Made by a program: the position numbers and the translations under genes | Notes under the pieces: model-generated | Told to the model about the DNA's origin: nothing | Database searches by the model: none | Seen by the model: only the letters and a program-made list of their open reading frames with translations | Assembly: GCA_965218295.1 (NCBI GenBank) | Contig: CBDCKN010000015.1 | Location: 1-64,000 of the forward strand | Direction of reading: 5' to 3' | Source of the DNA: Longimicrobiales bacterium | Lineage (GTDB): Bacteria; Gemmatimonadota; Gemmatimonadetes; Longimicrobiales; Gaopeijiaceae | Length of the DNA stretch: 64,000 nucleotides | In this document: piece after piece, positions 48,677-58,431 of the stretch | Layout of the letters: each line of letters starts with the position of its first letter | How positions within the stretch are numbered: the stretch's first letter is position 1

Positions 48677-49581
48677 GCCTGGGTCTTCCTCCCAATCTCA
48701 AGGCCTCCATTCAGCGCTGCCTCACCGAGAGTAGCGGGCGAGCCGTCGAAGTACTCGAGGCGAGCCCTATGACCGGCGGATGCATCCATCGCAGCGTCAG
48801 GCTCTCCACGGACATGGGAGAGAGCTTCTTCCTCAAGTGGAGCCCGGATCCCGGAGGGGATGACTTCCTCGCCGAGGCCGACGGCCTAGAGGCCCTCGCC
48901 GCCTCAGGGGGCCCAACAGTACCGGAAGTGATCGGGTATTCGCCTCCGGCCGAGACACCCTCGTGGCTCTTGCTGGAGTTCGTTTCCCACGGCCGCCCGG
49001 CACCCGACTACTGGGAGGCACTGGGGCAAGGCCTGGCGGATCTCCACGGGATCCGACCGGAGCCGTACGGCTGGGATCGTCCCAACTACATCGGCTCGTT
49101 GCCGCAAGCCAATGACGTGACGGACGATTGGGAGATCTTCTGGTGGACTCGGCGGCTCCTTCCACAGCTGACGCTAGCGCGAGAGGAAAATCGTGTTCCC
49201 GGCCGCCGGGACGAATGGGAGCTCCTGGAGTCGAGGCTCCCAGGCCTCCTTCCTGCCGACGCCCTCGGGTCGTCCCTCCTGCACGGCGACCTTTGGAGCG
49301 GTAACGTCTTTCCTGGTCCGTCGGGCGAGCCGATCCTGGTGGATCCAGCCGTCTACAGGGGCCACGCGGAGGTCGATCTGGCCATGACCGAGCTCTTCGG
49401 CGGCTTTCCGGCTTCATTCTACTCCGCCTATGAGGCCGTCCGTCCCTTCGCGGGCGGTTACCGGGAGATCCGGAGGCCCCTGTACCAGCTATACCCACTG
49501 CTGGTCCATGTGAACCTCTTCGGTACAGCCTATGTGGACGCTACGTCCCGGGCCCTACAGCAGGTCCTTCGAAACGTCTGA
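48673..49581 (+). CDS. Fructosamine kinase family protein
   Basis: GGCI, FLK, EADGL, NYIG, LLHGDLWSGN, DPAVY.GH.E.DLAM.ELFGGF. Confidence 0.92.
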   Translation: MSLGLPPNLKASIQRCLTESSGRAVEVLEASPMTGGCIHRSVRLSTDMGESFFLKWSPDPGGDDFLAEADGLEALAASGGPTVPEVIGYSPPAETPSWLLLEFVSHGRPAPDYWEALGQGLADLHGIRPEPYGWDRPNYIGSLPQANDVTDDWEIFWWTRRLLPQLTLAREENRVPGRRDEWELLESRLPGLLPADALGSSLLHGDLWSGNVFPGPSGEPILVDPAVYRGHAEVDLAMTELFGGFPASFYSAYEAVRPFAGGYREIRRPLYQLYPLLVHVNLFGTAYVDATSRALQQVLRNV

Positions 49582-49634
49582 TGCCCGGCGTCCGGGTGTG
49601 GCTTCCGTCCGAAGTTCGATCTGGTTGACCCCGG

Positions 49635-50843
49635 TCACCCGGCCACGGACGCCGACTCCTGGATGGCGCCGGCGACCCTCTCGAGAGCCGTCTGGAGCAG
49701 CTCGTCCGATGTGGCAAAGCTGATACGCACATATCGGTCGTCGCCGAACGCCACGCCGGGAACCATGGCTACACCCGTCTCCTCCAGAAGCCAGGAGCAG
49801 AGATCCGCGGAGCCTGAGATTTCGCCTCCGAATAGCGAGTCGACCCTTATGAAGAAGTAGAACGCGCCGCTGGGCTCCACGAACGGGAGCTCCGGGAGGA
49901 GCTCTCCCATGAGCGCAACGATCAGATCCCTCCGACGCCGAAACGCCACGACCATCTCCCGGACCGCCTCGCGAGCTCGTGCCGGATCGCCGAAGGCGCT
50001 CAGTGCAGCCATCTGAGACGGCGTCGCCGCATTCGAGGTGGTGTGGCTCTGGAGAGCGCCCAGCTTCCGCGCCGTCTCCACGTCTGAGTACGAGAAGCCG
50101 ATCCGCCATCCCGTCATGGCAAAACTCTTCGAGGCGCCGTCGATGAGCACATGCCGCCCCACCGACGCCTCCGGGAGCTCGAGGATGCTCGGGGCGGTGG
50201 CCCGATCGTCACCGAAATAGATCTCGCGGTAGATCTCGTCGGCCAGAATGCATACGTCCCGATCCCTGGCCCACTCCGTTATGGCCTGCAGCTCGCCGAG
50301 GGAATAGACCGCTCCCGTGGGATTACAAGGGGAGCACAGAATGAGCCCCTCCGTCCGGTCGCTATACGCGGAGTCGAGATCGTCCGGCGTCAACAGGAAG
50401 TCCCGATCGGGACTCCCCGATACGGTGACCGAGTCCGCCCGGGTCAGGGACACGATCTGGGGGTAGCTGGTCCAGTATGGCGTCGCCACGAGAACCTCGT
50501 CGCCCGGTCCGAAGAGGGCGAAGGCCGCGTTGAACATCGATTGCTTCGCTCCTGCTCCAACGACCACACCCTCCCAGTCGATGGGGCGGCCAGCCAACGG
50601 CTCGAGGTATCCGGCGATGGCACGTCTGAGGTCCGGCATTCCCGCCACAGGGGTGTAGCGGGTCTTGCCCGCACGGATGCCCTCGACGGCCCCGTCCGAG
50701 ATCCACCCAGGGGTGTCGAAGTCGGGCTCGCCCGCGCTGAGGTCGATGATATCGCGGCCTTCGGCCCGGAGGCGCTTGGCCAACGAGCTTACGGCGATGG
50801 TGGCCGAGGGCTGGAGTCGGGAGATGTTGGGGCTGTAATCCAT
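49635..50843 (-). CDS. Class I/II PLP aminotransferase (aspartate aminotransferase-like)
   Basis: GEPDFDTP, GAKQ, PCNPTG, DEIY, SKSFAMTGWRIG. Confidence 0.93.
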   Translation of the reverse strand: MDYSPNISRLQPSATIAVSSLAKRLRAEGRDIIDLSAGEPDFDTPGWISDGAVEGIRAGKTRYTPVAGMPDLRRAIAGYLEPLAGRPIDWEGVVVGAGAKQSMFNAAFALFGPGDEVLVATPYWTSYPQIVSLTRADSVTVSGSPDRDFLLTPDDLDSAYSDRTEGLILCSPCNPTGAVYSLGELQAITEWARDRDVCILADEIYREIYFGDDRATAPSILELPEASVGRHVLIDGASKSFAMTGWRIGFSYSDVETARKLGALQSHTTSNAATPSQMAALSAFGDPARAREAVREMVVAFRRRRDLIVALMGELLPELPFVEPSGAFYFFIRVDSLFGGEISGSADLCSWLLEETGVAMVPGVAFGDDRYVRISFATSDELLQTALERVAGAIQESASVAG

Positions 50844-50973
50844 CCCGGAATATCGAGAGAGGTCGTCCCTCAATCAAGTGAGGTCCGCGGCACCCCGGAG
50901 TCGTGGAATCGGGCTTTGTTCGCGGGCCGGCCGCGAGCTTGATCCCTCCCACCGCGAGCAGCAGGTTTCACCT

Positions 50974-51561
50974 GTGAACGAGCGCGCACAGATCGTCTTC
51001 TACTTCGACTACGTCGATCCCGGATCCTACGTTACGGACGTACAGCTGGGGCGGCTTCTGCCCCCCGAAGTCGAGGTTACCCGTCACCCGTTCGAGCTTC
51101 GCCCACCGCCCGAAGACCTCATGGATCCGGGGAGCCCGGAATGGAGGACCTATCGGCAGTCCGTGACGGAACTCGCCGCGGCAGTCAAGCTCGGTCTGGC
51201 CTCTCCCGATTTCATGCCCTGGACCCGCAAAGCCCATGAGCTCAGGCTACACGCCGCCGAGAAGGGCCTGGAGGGCCCCATCCACGACGCACTCTTCAAG
51301 GCACGATTCGAGGACGGGGCGGACATCGGGCGCGTCGACGTTCTGGTGGGTCTGGCGGCGGGCTTGGGCCTGGATCTGACCGAAACCAAGGCCGTGCTCG
51401 ACGTGGACCGCTACGCGGATCGGGTCGCAGAGCTGAGACGCCTAGCGGAGGCAGAGGGTGTAGAGCGCACGCCCACCGTCCACATCGGGTCCGAGCGCCT
51501 TGAAGGTCCGCTTCGGATCGACGACCTTCGAGGGCTCTTGGAGGCAGCGCGTCTCGTGTAG
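50974..51561 (+). CDS. DsbA/FrnE-like thioredoxin-fold protein lacking CxxC
   Basis: FYFDYVDPGSY in place of CPWC; PFELRP; TRKAHE; GVERTPT. Confidence 0.75.
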   Translation: MNERAQIVFYFDYVDPGSYVTDVQLGRLLPPEVEVTRHPFELRPPPEDLMDPGSPEWRTYRQSVTELAAAVKLGLASPDFMPWTRKAHELRLHAAEKGLEGPIHDALFKARFEDGADIGRVDVLVGLAAGLGLDLTETKAVLDVDRYADRVAELRRLAEAEGVERTPTVHIGSERLEGPLRIDDLRGLLEAARLV

Positions 51562-51619
51562 TTCGAGGGTTACGTGACGTGCCGGAAGTACCGCACGAGC
51601 CAATACAGAAGGGCACTCG

Positions 51620-51922
51620 ATGGCAGGTTATCAGCGTAAGACGGCTCTCTCACCATCGGAAGTCCTGTCGAAGGCCGAGGAGTTGCTTCCCGAGTGGATC
51701 GGCCTCACCAAATCGAAGAGCTCGACCCACGGTGCCACGTACACGGGCAACGAGGGCACGGTCACGCTCACGGCCCATCGTCACGGCCCTTACACCGAGG
51801 TAGTCGCGTCCAGTGATCGACTGCGGACCTCCCGCATGGACTACGAGATCCAGAAGTTCCTGACCGAGCTTCCGTACGAGCCGGGGGACGCCGGTGGACG
51901 GGGATCCGGGGACCCTTCGTGA
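51620..51922 (+). CDS. Hypothetical protein
   Basis: 100-aa ORF; GTGA overlap with the next gene. Confidence 0.7.
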   Translation: MAGYQRKTALSPSEVLSKAEELLPEWIGLTKSKSSTHGATYTGNEGTVTLTAHRHGPYTEVVASSDRLRTSRMDYEIQKFLTELPYEPGDAGGRGSGDPS

Positions 51923-53517
51923 CCCACTCCTTCGAAGATCTGGAGGTCATGCCGGAGCTGGTCGAGGCGCTGGCGGCCGAAGGGCTAGAGGAGCCTTCGG
52001 AGTTTCAGCGCGCCGCCATTCCGGTCATGCGCCGGGGCAACAACCTTCTCGGGGCCGTCGGCCCTGGAGCCGGAACCCTGGTCGCCTACGGAGTGGCTTT
52101 GCTGGAGCGTACCGTGGCTGGGGCCGGACGACCTGGAGCCGTCGTCCTCACCGCCACGAGCGAAGCCGCCACGGCCCTCGCCGAGTCCCTGGGACGGATC
52201 GCCCTCTCCACGGGCCACTCGCTCGGAGCGCTGGGAGGGGCGTGGGCCCTGCCCGAACGGACGGACGTCCTCTTCGGAACTCCACGAGACATCCGAGCGG
52301 CGGTCGACGGCTCTCAGCTTACCCTCGAGGGTGTCCAGACCGTGGTCGTGGATGGAGCGAGCGCGATCGAGGCGGCCTCAGGTTTGGATTCCGTGAGTGC
52401 CCTCTTCGAGTATCTGGGGACCGGAACCCAGAGAATCGTCCTCAGCCTGCCGATCACACCTTCGGTCGAGGCGCTCGTCTCGACACACGTGGCCAAGGCG
52501 GTCCAGGTCCCGCCCCGCCCTATCGCCGAGGAGCAGGAGGCGCGGTCGCCGGATAGGGGGAAGCTGCGCTTCCGGATCACCGGCGAAGACAAGGTGGAGG
52601 CCCTCCTCAGACTCGTAGCCGAGCTCTTTGCAACCGAGGCCCGGCACGTTCTGGTGTTCTGCCGCTCCGAGGACCGCGTGGCGGATGTCGCAGACTTTCT
52701 GGCCCTCCACGGCTACATGGCCGGGTCACCGGGAGACGACTCGCTTCCCCTATGGCTGACCGTGGCACCGCTACAGGCCCGTGAGGCCCTGGCAAGCCTC
52801 GACTCATCGGAAGACGTGTCGACCGTCAGTCTGGACTGTCCGCCCGACGTGGACACCCTGGACCGGCGCCACGGAGCCGGCGGCCAGGCCACGGTGTTAC
52901 TCCTCTCGCGAGAAGTCCCCCACTTCAGGGACACGGCCCGGCGGGCCGGATACGGCGTCCGCCCTCTTCCGCCACCACCGACGGTGGTAGAGGACCGCAT
53001 CGACGAGATCCGTCAACGACTGGTGGACGCAGCGAAACGGGAAGATCTCGCGCCCCACTTCCTGATCCTGGAGCCTCTCCTGGAGCGCTTCAGCCCTCAG
53101 GAGCTCGCCGCCGCCGCCCTGGCTCTACTGTCCCGGCCAACCACTGCCACCGACGCTCACCCGGCCGCCAAGGCCAGAGCCGAGAAGGCCACGGGGACCG
53201 ACGGCTGGACGCGCCTCTTTGTCAGCGTCGGAGAGATGGAGGGCGTGAAGCCCGGTAACCTTCTGGGGACGCTGGCCGGCGAGTCGGGCGTGGACGGATC
53301 CAACTTCGGGAAGATCGAGATCCGAGACACTTACTCGCTGGTGGAGGTGCGGCCCTCGGAGGCCGAGAAGGTCATCAAGGCGGTCAACGGCCTGAGTATC
53401 CGAGGACGCAGCACCCGGGTGGACTACGATCGGGGCGCGGGGAGCAAGGGCAGCAAGCCGGGAAATTGGGGGGGAACACACCCCCGACCCCGCAGATCCG
53501 AGGATCCACGGGGCTGA
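51919..53517 (+). CDS. Degenerate DEAD-box-like protein with C-terminal DbpA RNA-binding domain
   Basis: Q-motif PSEFQ kept; Walker A GPGAGTL and VVDGAS replace GKT and DEAD; C-terminal RLFVSVG..GVKPGNLLG..FGKIEIRDTYSLVEV. Confidence 0.8.
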   Translation: MTHSFEDLEVMPELVEALAAEGLEEPSEFQRAAIPVMRRGNNLLGAVGPGAGTLVAYGVALLERTVAGAGRPGAVVLTATSEAATALAESLGRIALSTGHSLGALGGAWALPERTDVLFGTPRDIRAAVDGSQLTLEGVQTVVVDGASAIEAASGLDSVSALFEYLGTGTQRIVLSLPITPSVEALVSTHVAKAVQVPPRPIAEEQEARSPDRGKLRFRITGEDKVEALLRLVAELFATEARHVLVFCRSEDRVADVADFLALHGYMAGSPGDDSLPLWLTVAPLQAREALASLDSSEDVSTVSLDCPPDVDTLDRRHGAGGQATVLLLSREVPHFRDTARRAGYGVRPLPPPPTVVEDRIDEIRQRLVDAAKREDLAPHFLILEPLLERFSPQELAAAALALLSRPTTATDAHPAAKARAEKATGTDGWTRLFVSVGEMEGVKPGNLLGTLAGESGVDGSNFGKIEIRDTYSLVEVRPSEAEKVIKAVNGLSIRGRSTRVDYDRGAGSKGSKPGNWGGTHPRPRRSEDPRG

Positions 53518-53524
53518 AACTAGG

Positions 53525-53562
53525 AGAGGCCACGCCCACTGACCGCGTCGGGCGTGGCCTCT
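53525..53562. terminator. 13-bp perfect hairpin between convergent genes
   Basis: AGAGGCCACGCCC / GGGCGTGGCCTCT. Confidence 0.65.
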
Positions 53563-53606
53563 ATCCGATCCTTATCCTCAGGGGGGCTAACCCGCCTGGG
53601 CCGTTG

Positions 53607-53888
53607 CTACTGGATGGCGTCTTTGAAACCTTTACCGGCGCGAAAGCCGGGGGTCTTCGAAGCCGGAATGTGAATCGTAGCACCTGTACGAGGATTCCTG
53701 CCCATACGGGCCTTGCGGTGCTTCGACTCGAATGTACCAAAGCCTGTGATCTGAACGCGTCTGTCCATCCTCAGGGCCCCGGCGATGATGCCGCGTCCGC
53801 CAAAGAGTGCGTCCATGGCCCGAGAGGCGTCGGCCTTGGTCATGCCGGCGCGGTCGGCAAGGGCGGCTACCAGATCGGATTTGTTCAT
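53607..53888 (-). CDS. hup: DNA-binding protein HU
   Basis: MNKSDLV...GFGTF...GRNPRTG..I.IPA...P.FRAGK; GAGGAG RBS. Confidence 0.95.
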   Translation of the reverse strand: MNKSDLVAALADRAGMTKADASRAMDALFGGRGIIAGALRMDRRVQITGFGTFESKHRKARMGRNPRTGATIHIPASKTPGFRAGKGFKDAIQ

Positions 53889-54041
53889 TGCGTTGCTCCT
53901 CAAATGGTGTGATGAGATACGGATCACGGCCTCTGCTGGCCTTCATCGAGCCCCGAACGGGGTTCTCACGCCTCGGGCCTATCGCGCGAGAAATTTGAGC
54001 AAATGGGCCGCGACTGATTCGGGCGAGCTTTGGTCTGGTCT

Positions 54042-54071
54042 ACGGTAAAGCCCCCCCCCTTGGGCCGTCAA
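54042..54071 (-). promoter_or_regulatory. Sigma70-type promoter of hup with G9 in the spacer
   Basis: TTGACG(54071-54066)-N18-TACCGT(54047-54042). Confidence 0.6.
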
Positions 54072-54167
54072 GAGAAAATTGGCTGAAAACCCGCATCCTG
54101 CCTAGCTTCTGATGGAATCCGGGGTTCGCCGGCACTTCTCCACCGTTTTCAGGAGGCCTACTGCGCG

Positions 54168-54655
54168 ATGCGCGTGTTCATCCCGCGCTTCCTGGGAGCC
54201 CTTGCGTATCTGGTGGGGCTCGCCCTGGTCGGGGTCGTGGGCTACACCATCATCGAAGGGTGGGGGATCCACGACGCCCTCTACATGAGCGTCATCACGA
54301 TCACGGCCGTGGGCTACTCCGAGGTGCTGCCCCTTTCCGAGCTCGGGAGGGACTTCACCATGGCCCTCCTGACCGCCGGAATCACCGGAGTGGGAATTTG
54401 GTTCGCCCTGATCACTTCGTTCATCGTCGAGTTCGACCTAAGCGACGTCAGAAGGAGACACCAGATCATGCGCAGCATCGAGGCTTTGAACGACCATATC
54501 GTCCTCTGTGGAGGCGGGCGGACAGGGCGGCAGGTCATGGAGGAGCTCCTGTCCCTGGGGCAGGAGTTCGTGGTCATCGAGCGCGATCCCAAACGCATGG
54601 AGTGGATCCACGAGCAGTACCCTGAAGTGCTCACCGTGATAGGAGACGCGACGCT
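54168..54655 (+). pseudogene. Potassium channel (pore + TrkA-N/RCK), 3'-truncated
   Basis: DALYMSVITITAVGY pore, HIVLCGGGRTG Rossmann; similarity ends at GDAT and the ORF runs into non-coding sequence. Confidence 0.8.
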
Positions 54656-54753
54656 ATCCCGGCCGGCCGGCTCACCCTACCCACCTGGCAAGAAAAAGCC
54701 CCTGGGCGCCCGACATAGCGCCCGGAGGCTCCCGACATACGGCACGGAGCCGA

Positions 54754-54939
54754 TCAGTCGTCGGCGTCCTCGGTCCTGCAGCGGCAACGCTTGAACAGCG
54801 TCAACACCGCGAAGCCGACCAGCATGATGAGGGCCAGCTTGAGCAACGCTCCCACCATTGGGAGGAACAGTATGCCCAGCACCTTCCAGAGAACCACGCC
54901 CGAGAAGCCCAGCAAGGCGACTTGACCAAACATCCTCAT
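54754..54939 (-). CDS. Small two-helix membrane protein
   Basis: GGAGG RBS; 61 aa, hydrophobic; followed by a hairpin plus T-run at ~54690-54731. Confidence 0.7.
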   Translation of the reverse strand: MRMFGQVALLGFSGVVLWKVLGILFLPMVGALLKLALIMLVGFAVLTLFKRCRCRTEDADD

Positions 54940-54983
54940 CTCGACCTCCCACTCCATGTAACTGCGACGACAGTGGTGTCCCC

Positions 54984-55010
54984 TACGAGCTGGCCAGAAA
55001 CAGAGTTTCA
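54984..55010 (-). promoter_or_regulatory. Putative ECF-sigma promoter TGAAAC-N17-CGTA
   Basis: Close match to the SigW-type consensus, upstream of the small membrane protein. Confidence 0.55.
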
Positions 55011-55104
55011 CGGGTGGAGGCGACCGGCGCGCCGCGGACTCTGCTGACTTGGACGAAAGAGGGCCGGGAGGCTCGGCTGCGGCGCCTTCGGGCGCCGGGA
55101 CCGA

Positions 55105-55134
55105 TTCTACTTGTACCGGTTCTACTTGTACCGG
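55105..55134. repeat. Exact 15-bp tandem duplication of the infA 3' end
   Basis: TTCTACTTGTACCGG x2. Confidence 0.9.
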
Positions 55135-55337
55135 TAGGTCACGCGGCCCTTGCTCAGGTCGTAGGGTGACAGCTCGACCTTCACCCGATCTCCCTCGAGG
55201 ACGCGGATGTAGTGCTGCCTCATCTTGCCCGAGAGATACGCCAGCACCTCGTGCCCGTTCTCCAACTCCACCCTGAACCTGGCGTTGGGGAGGACCTCGC
55301 TTACGGTCCCTTCGATCTCGATCGCTTCTTTCGCCAC
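55122..55337 (-). CDS. infA: Translation initiation factor IF-1
   Basis: [44 protein letters not shown]. Confidence 0.97.
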   Translation of the reverse strand: MAKEAIEIEGTVSEVLPNARFRVELENGHEVLAYLSGKMRQHYIRVLEGDRVKVELSPYDLSKGRVTYRYK

Positions 55338-55459
55338 TCGGCCTCACATCCGATCAGTTGATGCAGCACTGGACGATAGCACGCCCTCATAGGGCGAGCA
55401 ACGGGCCCTGAAGGTGTCGGTCGTCCGGCCCGACACAGGTCGACTACCGTGCCAGGCTC

Positions 55460-57850
55460 CTACAAGCGGAGCCGGTAGCTGAGCTTCGCGAACAGGCCAT
55501 CCGCCGTCGGCTGAACGTTCTCGAAACCGAAGCGGCGGGCGTCTTCCATCTCCCTCGTGTAGCCGAGGAAGAACAGCGTGCCCGGCGAGGACTCATACGA
55601 CAGGAGCACCTCGAAGAGGATGTCGTTGTCGGCGGACCCCTCGAGCAGATCGCACCCGTCCTCGTCACACGATTCAAGCGGGAGGCCCGTCTCGGGGTGC
55701 CGAAGGGCAGCCAGCTCCTGGCTGGAGTACTCCACGATACCCCGCACGAAAAGCGCCCGGTTGAACTGATACTGCGCCTTGATGCGGGGAATGGTCGCGC
55801 GGGAGTAGCGGGACCCGTCCTGCTTACGGTTCAGCATCGAGTGCCGGACGCCGGCCTGCACGGAAAGGAAGCGCGTCGGGAGGAACGTCAGACTCACGTC
55901 CCCACCCCACCTGTCCGCCACGTCCACGGGGGCCCCAGTGTTCCTGTAGAAGATGGGCTCTTCCTTGAAGTTGGCGCTGATCCGGCCTCGCAGCCTCTCC
56001 CATCCACTGGTGTACATGAAAACATTGAAGCTGTTCAGACCGCCGAACAGATCGTTATCAGGGAGGAACGGCTCCACCACACCGCCAGGCCGGGTGACGA
56101 TCCCCTCATAATCCTCGGCCGGCGAGGAGAACTCCGACCGGGTGCCCGTCACCCAAACGCTGACGTTATTGCGCAGCGACAGGCTCATGGTGAGCCGGGC
56201 TGTGGCCTCCCGCGAGCGGTTCCCGTCCCAGAAGGCGTCGTGGTCCCAGTAGCCCTGCACGTCCAGGCTGGGGCCCCATCGCTCCACGAAATCCCCAGGC
56301 CCGCCATACCAGTTGTAAGAGACCTGGGTTTGGGCGTGGGCCTCGGCCAAACGGCGAATGAACCCACTCTCCGGGCGGAACCCCGTGCTGAGGTCTTCGA
56401 AGAGGGCGCTGAAGGTCAGTCCCCGTCCCGCCCTCGCGAGCTGCGCATAGAACAAGCTGCCGGTGGAGGTCGCGCCGCCATCGTCTCGGTCCCAGCTGGC
56501 GGCACCCTGAACCTGTAGAGTGTAGCGCCGGGCCATTACGAAATGTCCGTCCAAGCCCGTGACTCGGTTGAAGTCGTCGCTGGTCCTTGTCCGATCCGTG
56601 TAGATCGCTCCCACCGTGGACGCCGACCCGATGTCCTGACGCAGGCGGACCAGGTTCACGTACAGATTCCCTTCGTCGCCCGCCTCGTCGATGGCCCCCA
56701 GGTATCCGAGGTTGGCTCCGCCCACTTTGCCGGTGAGCTTCGCTCCGGTCATGGGATCGACGATGGTACGGGTGAAGACGAGCTGCCGGGGAAGTCCGAA
56801 TATCTCGGTCCCCTCGAGGAAGAACGGGCGCTTCTCCGGGAAGAACAGGGCGAACCGCTCATTCACGGCGATCTGTCCGGCGTCCGCCTCCACCTGGCTG
56901 AAGTCCGGATTCACCGTGCCGTCCAGGGTGAGGTTCGACGTGATTCCGAACGTCATGTTGACCCCAAACTCCCCATTGGGATCGTCCCGGAAGAACTCGT
57001 CGTTGTCGTCGAGCGCGCCGTCTAGGCTTCCCGTGACGACGGGGTTGATCTCCATGAAGAGGCCCGGATCGAGATCCCGGAGCTCCAGGAGCTGGCCGGC
57101 CTCCAGGAGCTTGTTGGGCTGATTCGCGAAGCTCGGCGCCCACGACTGCTGGTAGCCGGTGCGCCGGATCCGGCGGGTCACCTGGATGCCCCACGACTGA
57201 ACCGGGAGATCGGCGAACCGGACGCTCTTGAACGGGATCCTCATCTCAACCTCGTACCCTTGGTCGGTGAGGCGTCCCCCCGACTCCCAGATGAAGTCGG
57301 GATTGTCGTCGATGGGTGGCCACCTGAACCCACCTCCTACCCGGCCGCCGCCCCTACGCCCGCCGCCGCCGCTTCCACTCTCTAGCCAGATCCCGTCCTG
57401 TTGGACCCCGTACGGGTTCACCGAGAAGGCGTACGCCCGTCGCTGGTCGTTGAACGTGTCCAGGACGACGCGGACGTAGTCGTTGGAGCGCGTGACCTGG
57501 TCGCGCTCCGTCATCGTCGCGCGGATTCCGTCCGGATCCGAGTCGAAGGCCTTGATCGCGAGGTAGATCGCGTCATCCGTCACGAAGACGCGCACCTCGG
57601 TTGGCTGCGAGGCGGGAAGGCCCTCCGACGGGTCGTATTGCGTGAAGCCCGTCAGGACCGGCGCGGCATCCCAGATGGACTCATCGATCCGGCCGTCCAC
57701 TCGCACGTCCGGGTTCAAGAAGCGCGGCGTGACGATCTGGAGCTGCCCCGCGGAGCCGTCGTACTCCAGGGCGGCGGGGCGGGACGACACCGTGTCGGCC
57801 GGTGCCGGTGCGCCGCTGAGTTGTAGGATGGCAAACAGTACTGGGATCAT
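55460..57850 (-). CDS. DUF5916-like outer-membrane protein with N-terminal CBM9-like domain
   Basis: Signal peptide; VDGRIDE..W, LDTFND, EMRIPF.S, TVNPDFSQVEAD, EKRPFFLEG; C-terminal FAKLSY. Confidence 0.8.
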   Translation of the reverse strand: MIPVLFAILQLSGAPAPADTVSSRPAALEYDGSAGQLQIVTPRFLNPDVRVDGRIDESIWDAAPVLTGFTQYDPSEGLPASQPTEVRVFVTDDAIYLAIKAFDSDPDGIRATMTERDQVTRSNDYVRVVLDTFNDQRRAYAFSVNPYGVQQDGIWLESGSGGGGRRGGGRVGGGFRWPPIDDNPDFIWESGGRLTDQGYEVEMRIPFKSVRFADLPVQSWGIQVTRRIRRTGYQQSWAPSFANQPNKLLEAGQLLELRDLDPGLFMEINPVVTGSLDGALDDNDEFFRDDPNGEFGVNMTFGITSNLTLDGTVNPDFSQVEADAGQIAVNERFALFFPEKRPFFLEGTEIFGLPRQLVFTRTIVDPMTGAKLTGKVGGANLGYLGAIDEAGDEGNLYVNLVRLRQDIGSASTVGAIYTDRTRTSDDFNRVTGLDGHFVMARRYTLQVQGAASWDRDDGGATSTGSLFYAQLARAGRGLTFSALFEDLSTGFRPESGFIRRLAEAHAQTQVSYNWYGGPGDFVERWGPSLDVQGYWDHDAFWDGNRSREATARLTMSLSLRNNVSVWVTGTRSEFSSPAEDYEGIVTRPGGVVEPFLPDNDLFGGLNSFNVFMYTSGWERLRGRISANFKEEPIFYRNTGAPVDVADRWGGDVSLTFLPTRFLSVQAGVRHSMLNRKQDGSRYSRATIPRIKAQYQFNRALFVRGIVEYSSQELAALRHPETGLPLESCDEDGCDLLEGSADNDILFEVLLSYESSPGTLFFLGYTREMEDARRFGFENVQPTADGLFAKLSYRLRL

Positions 57851-58093
57851 CTGGCTTCGCGGCAGGCTGCGCGCTGAGCCCGTCTAAGTGACACTTGAGC
57901 CTTGTAGTATATCGTATGAGTGGCGCCAAGTGCGGACTCTGCGCCCGAGGCACCTCCGGCCACCACGTCACAGAAGACACGCTCCTGCCACAGACAGTTG
58001 AGAGCGGCCCTTGCGCCCATCGCCTGCCCGAGCCGCATATTCGCCTGGCCGCACGTCGGGACCTGCGCTTTAATCTGTCGAAACCATGGGGAG

Positions 58094-58303
58094 ATGAGTC
58101 ACGACTTCGAGCCGCCTGAGCGCGCTCATATCCAGGCCGCCTTGGCGGCAGGCGAGATTCCGACGTGCCCCTGTTGCTCCGGGCGTCTGGATCGCACGGA
58201 GATAGGCCCGCGGGATGATGTGTCGTACGTGCGACGCCGGGTCTGGCTGATGTGCGGGCCGTGCGACAAGAGCCTCGTGCTGGACCAACCAAAAGCGACT
58301 TAG
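58094..58303 (+). CDS. Small Zn-ribbon protein
   Basis: CPCC...CGPC; 69 aa; GGGGAG upstream of ATG. Confidence 0.65.
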   Translation: MSHDFEPPERAHIQAALAAGEIPTCPCCSGRLDRTEIGPRDDVSYVRRRVWLMCGPCDKSLVLDQPKAT

Positions 58304-58431
58304 AAGGGCGCCGGCCGGATCGGCAATTCCGAGCGCTAGCCGACGGAAAGCTGGACGCAGACGCCGCGATTGGGAATGTTCCGGGAGGGGTGCCGACGAA
58401 CACCCCCCACCTTCAGCAACCAAGTGAGTCC

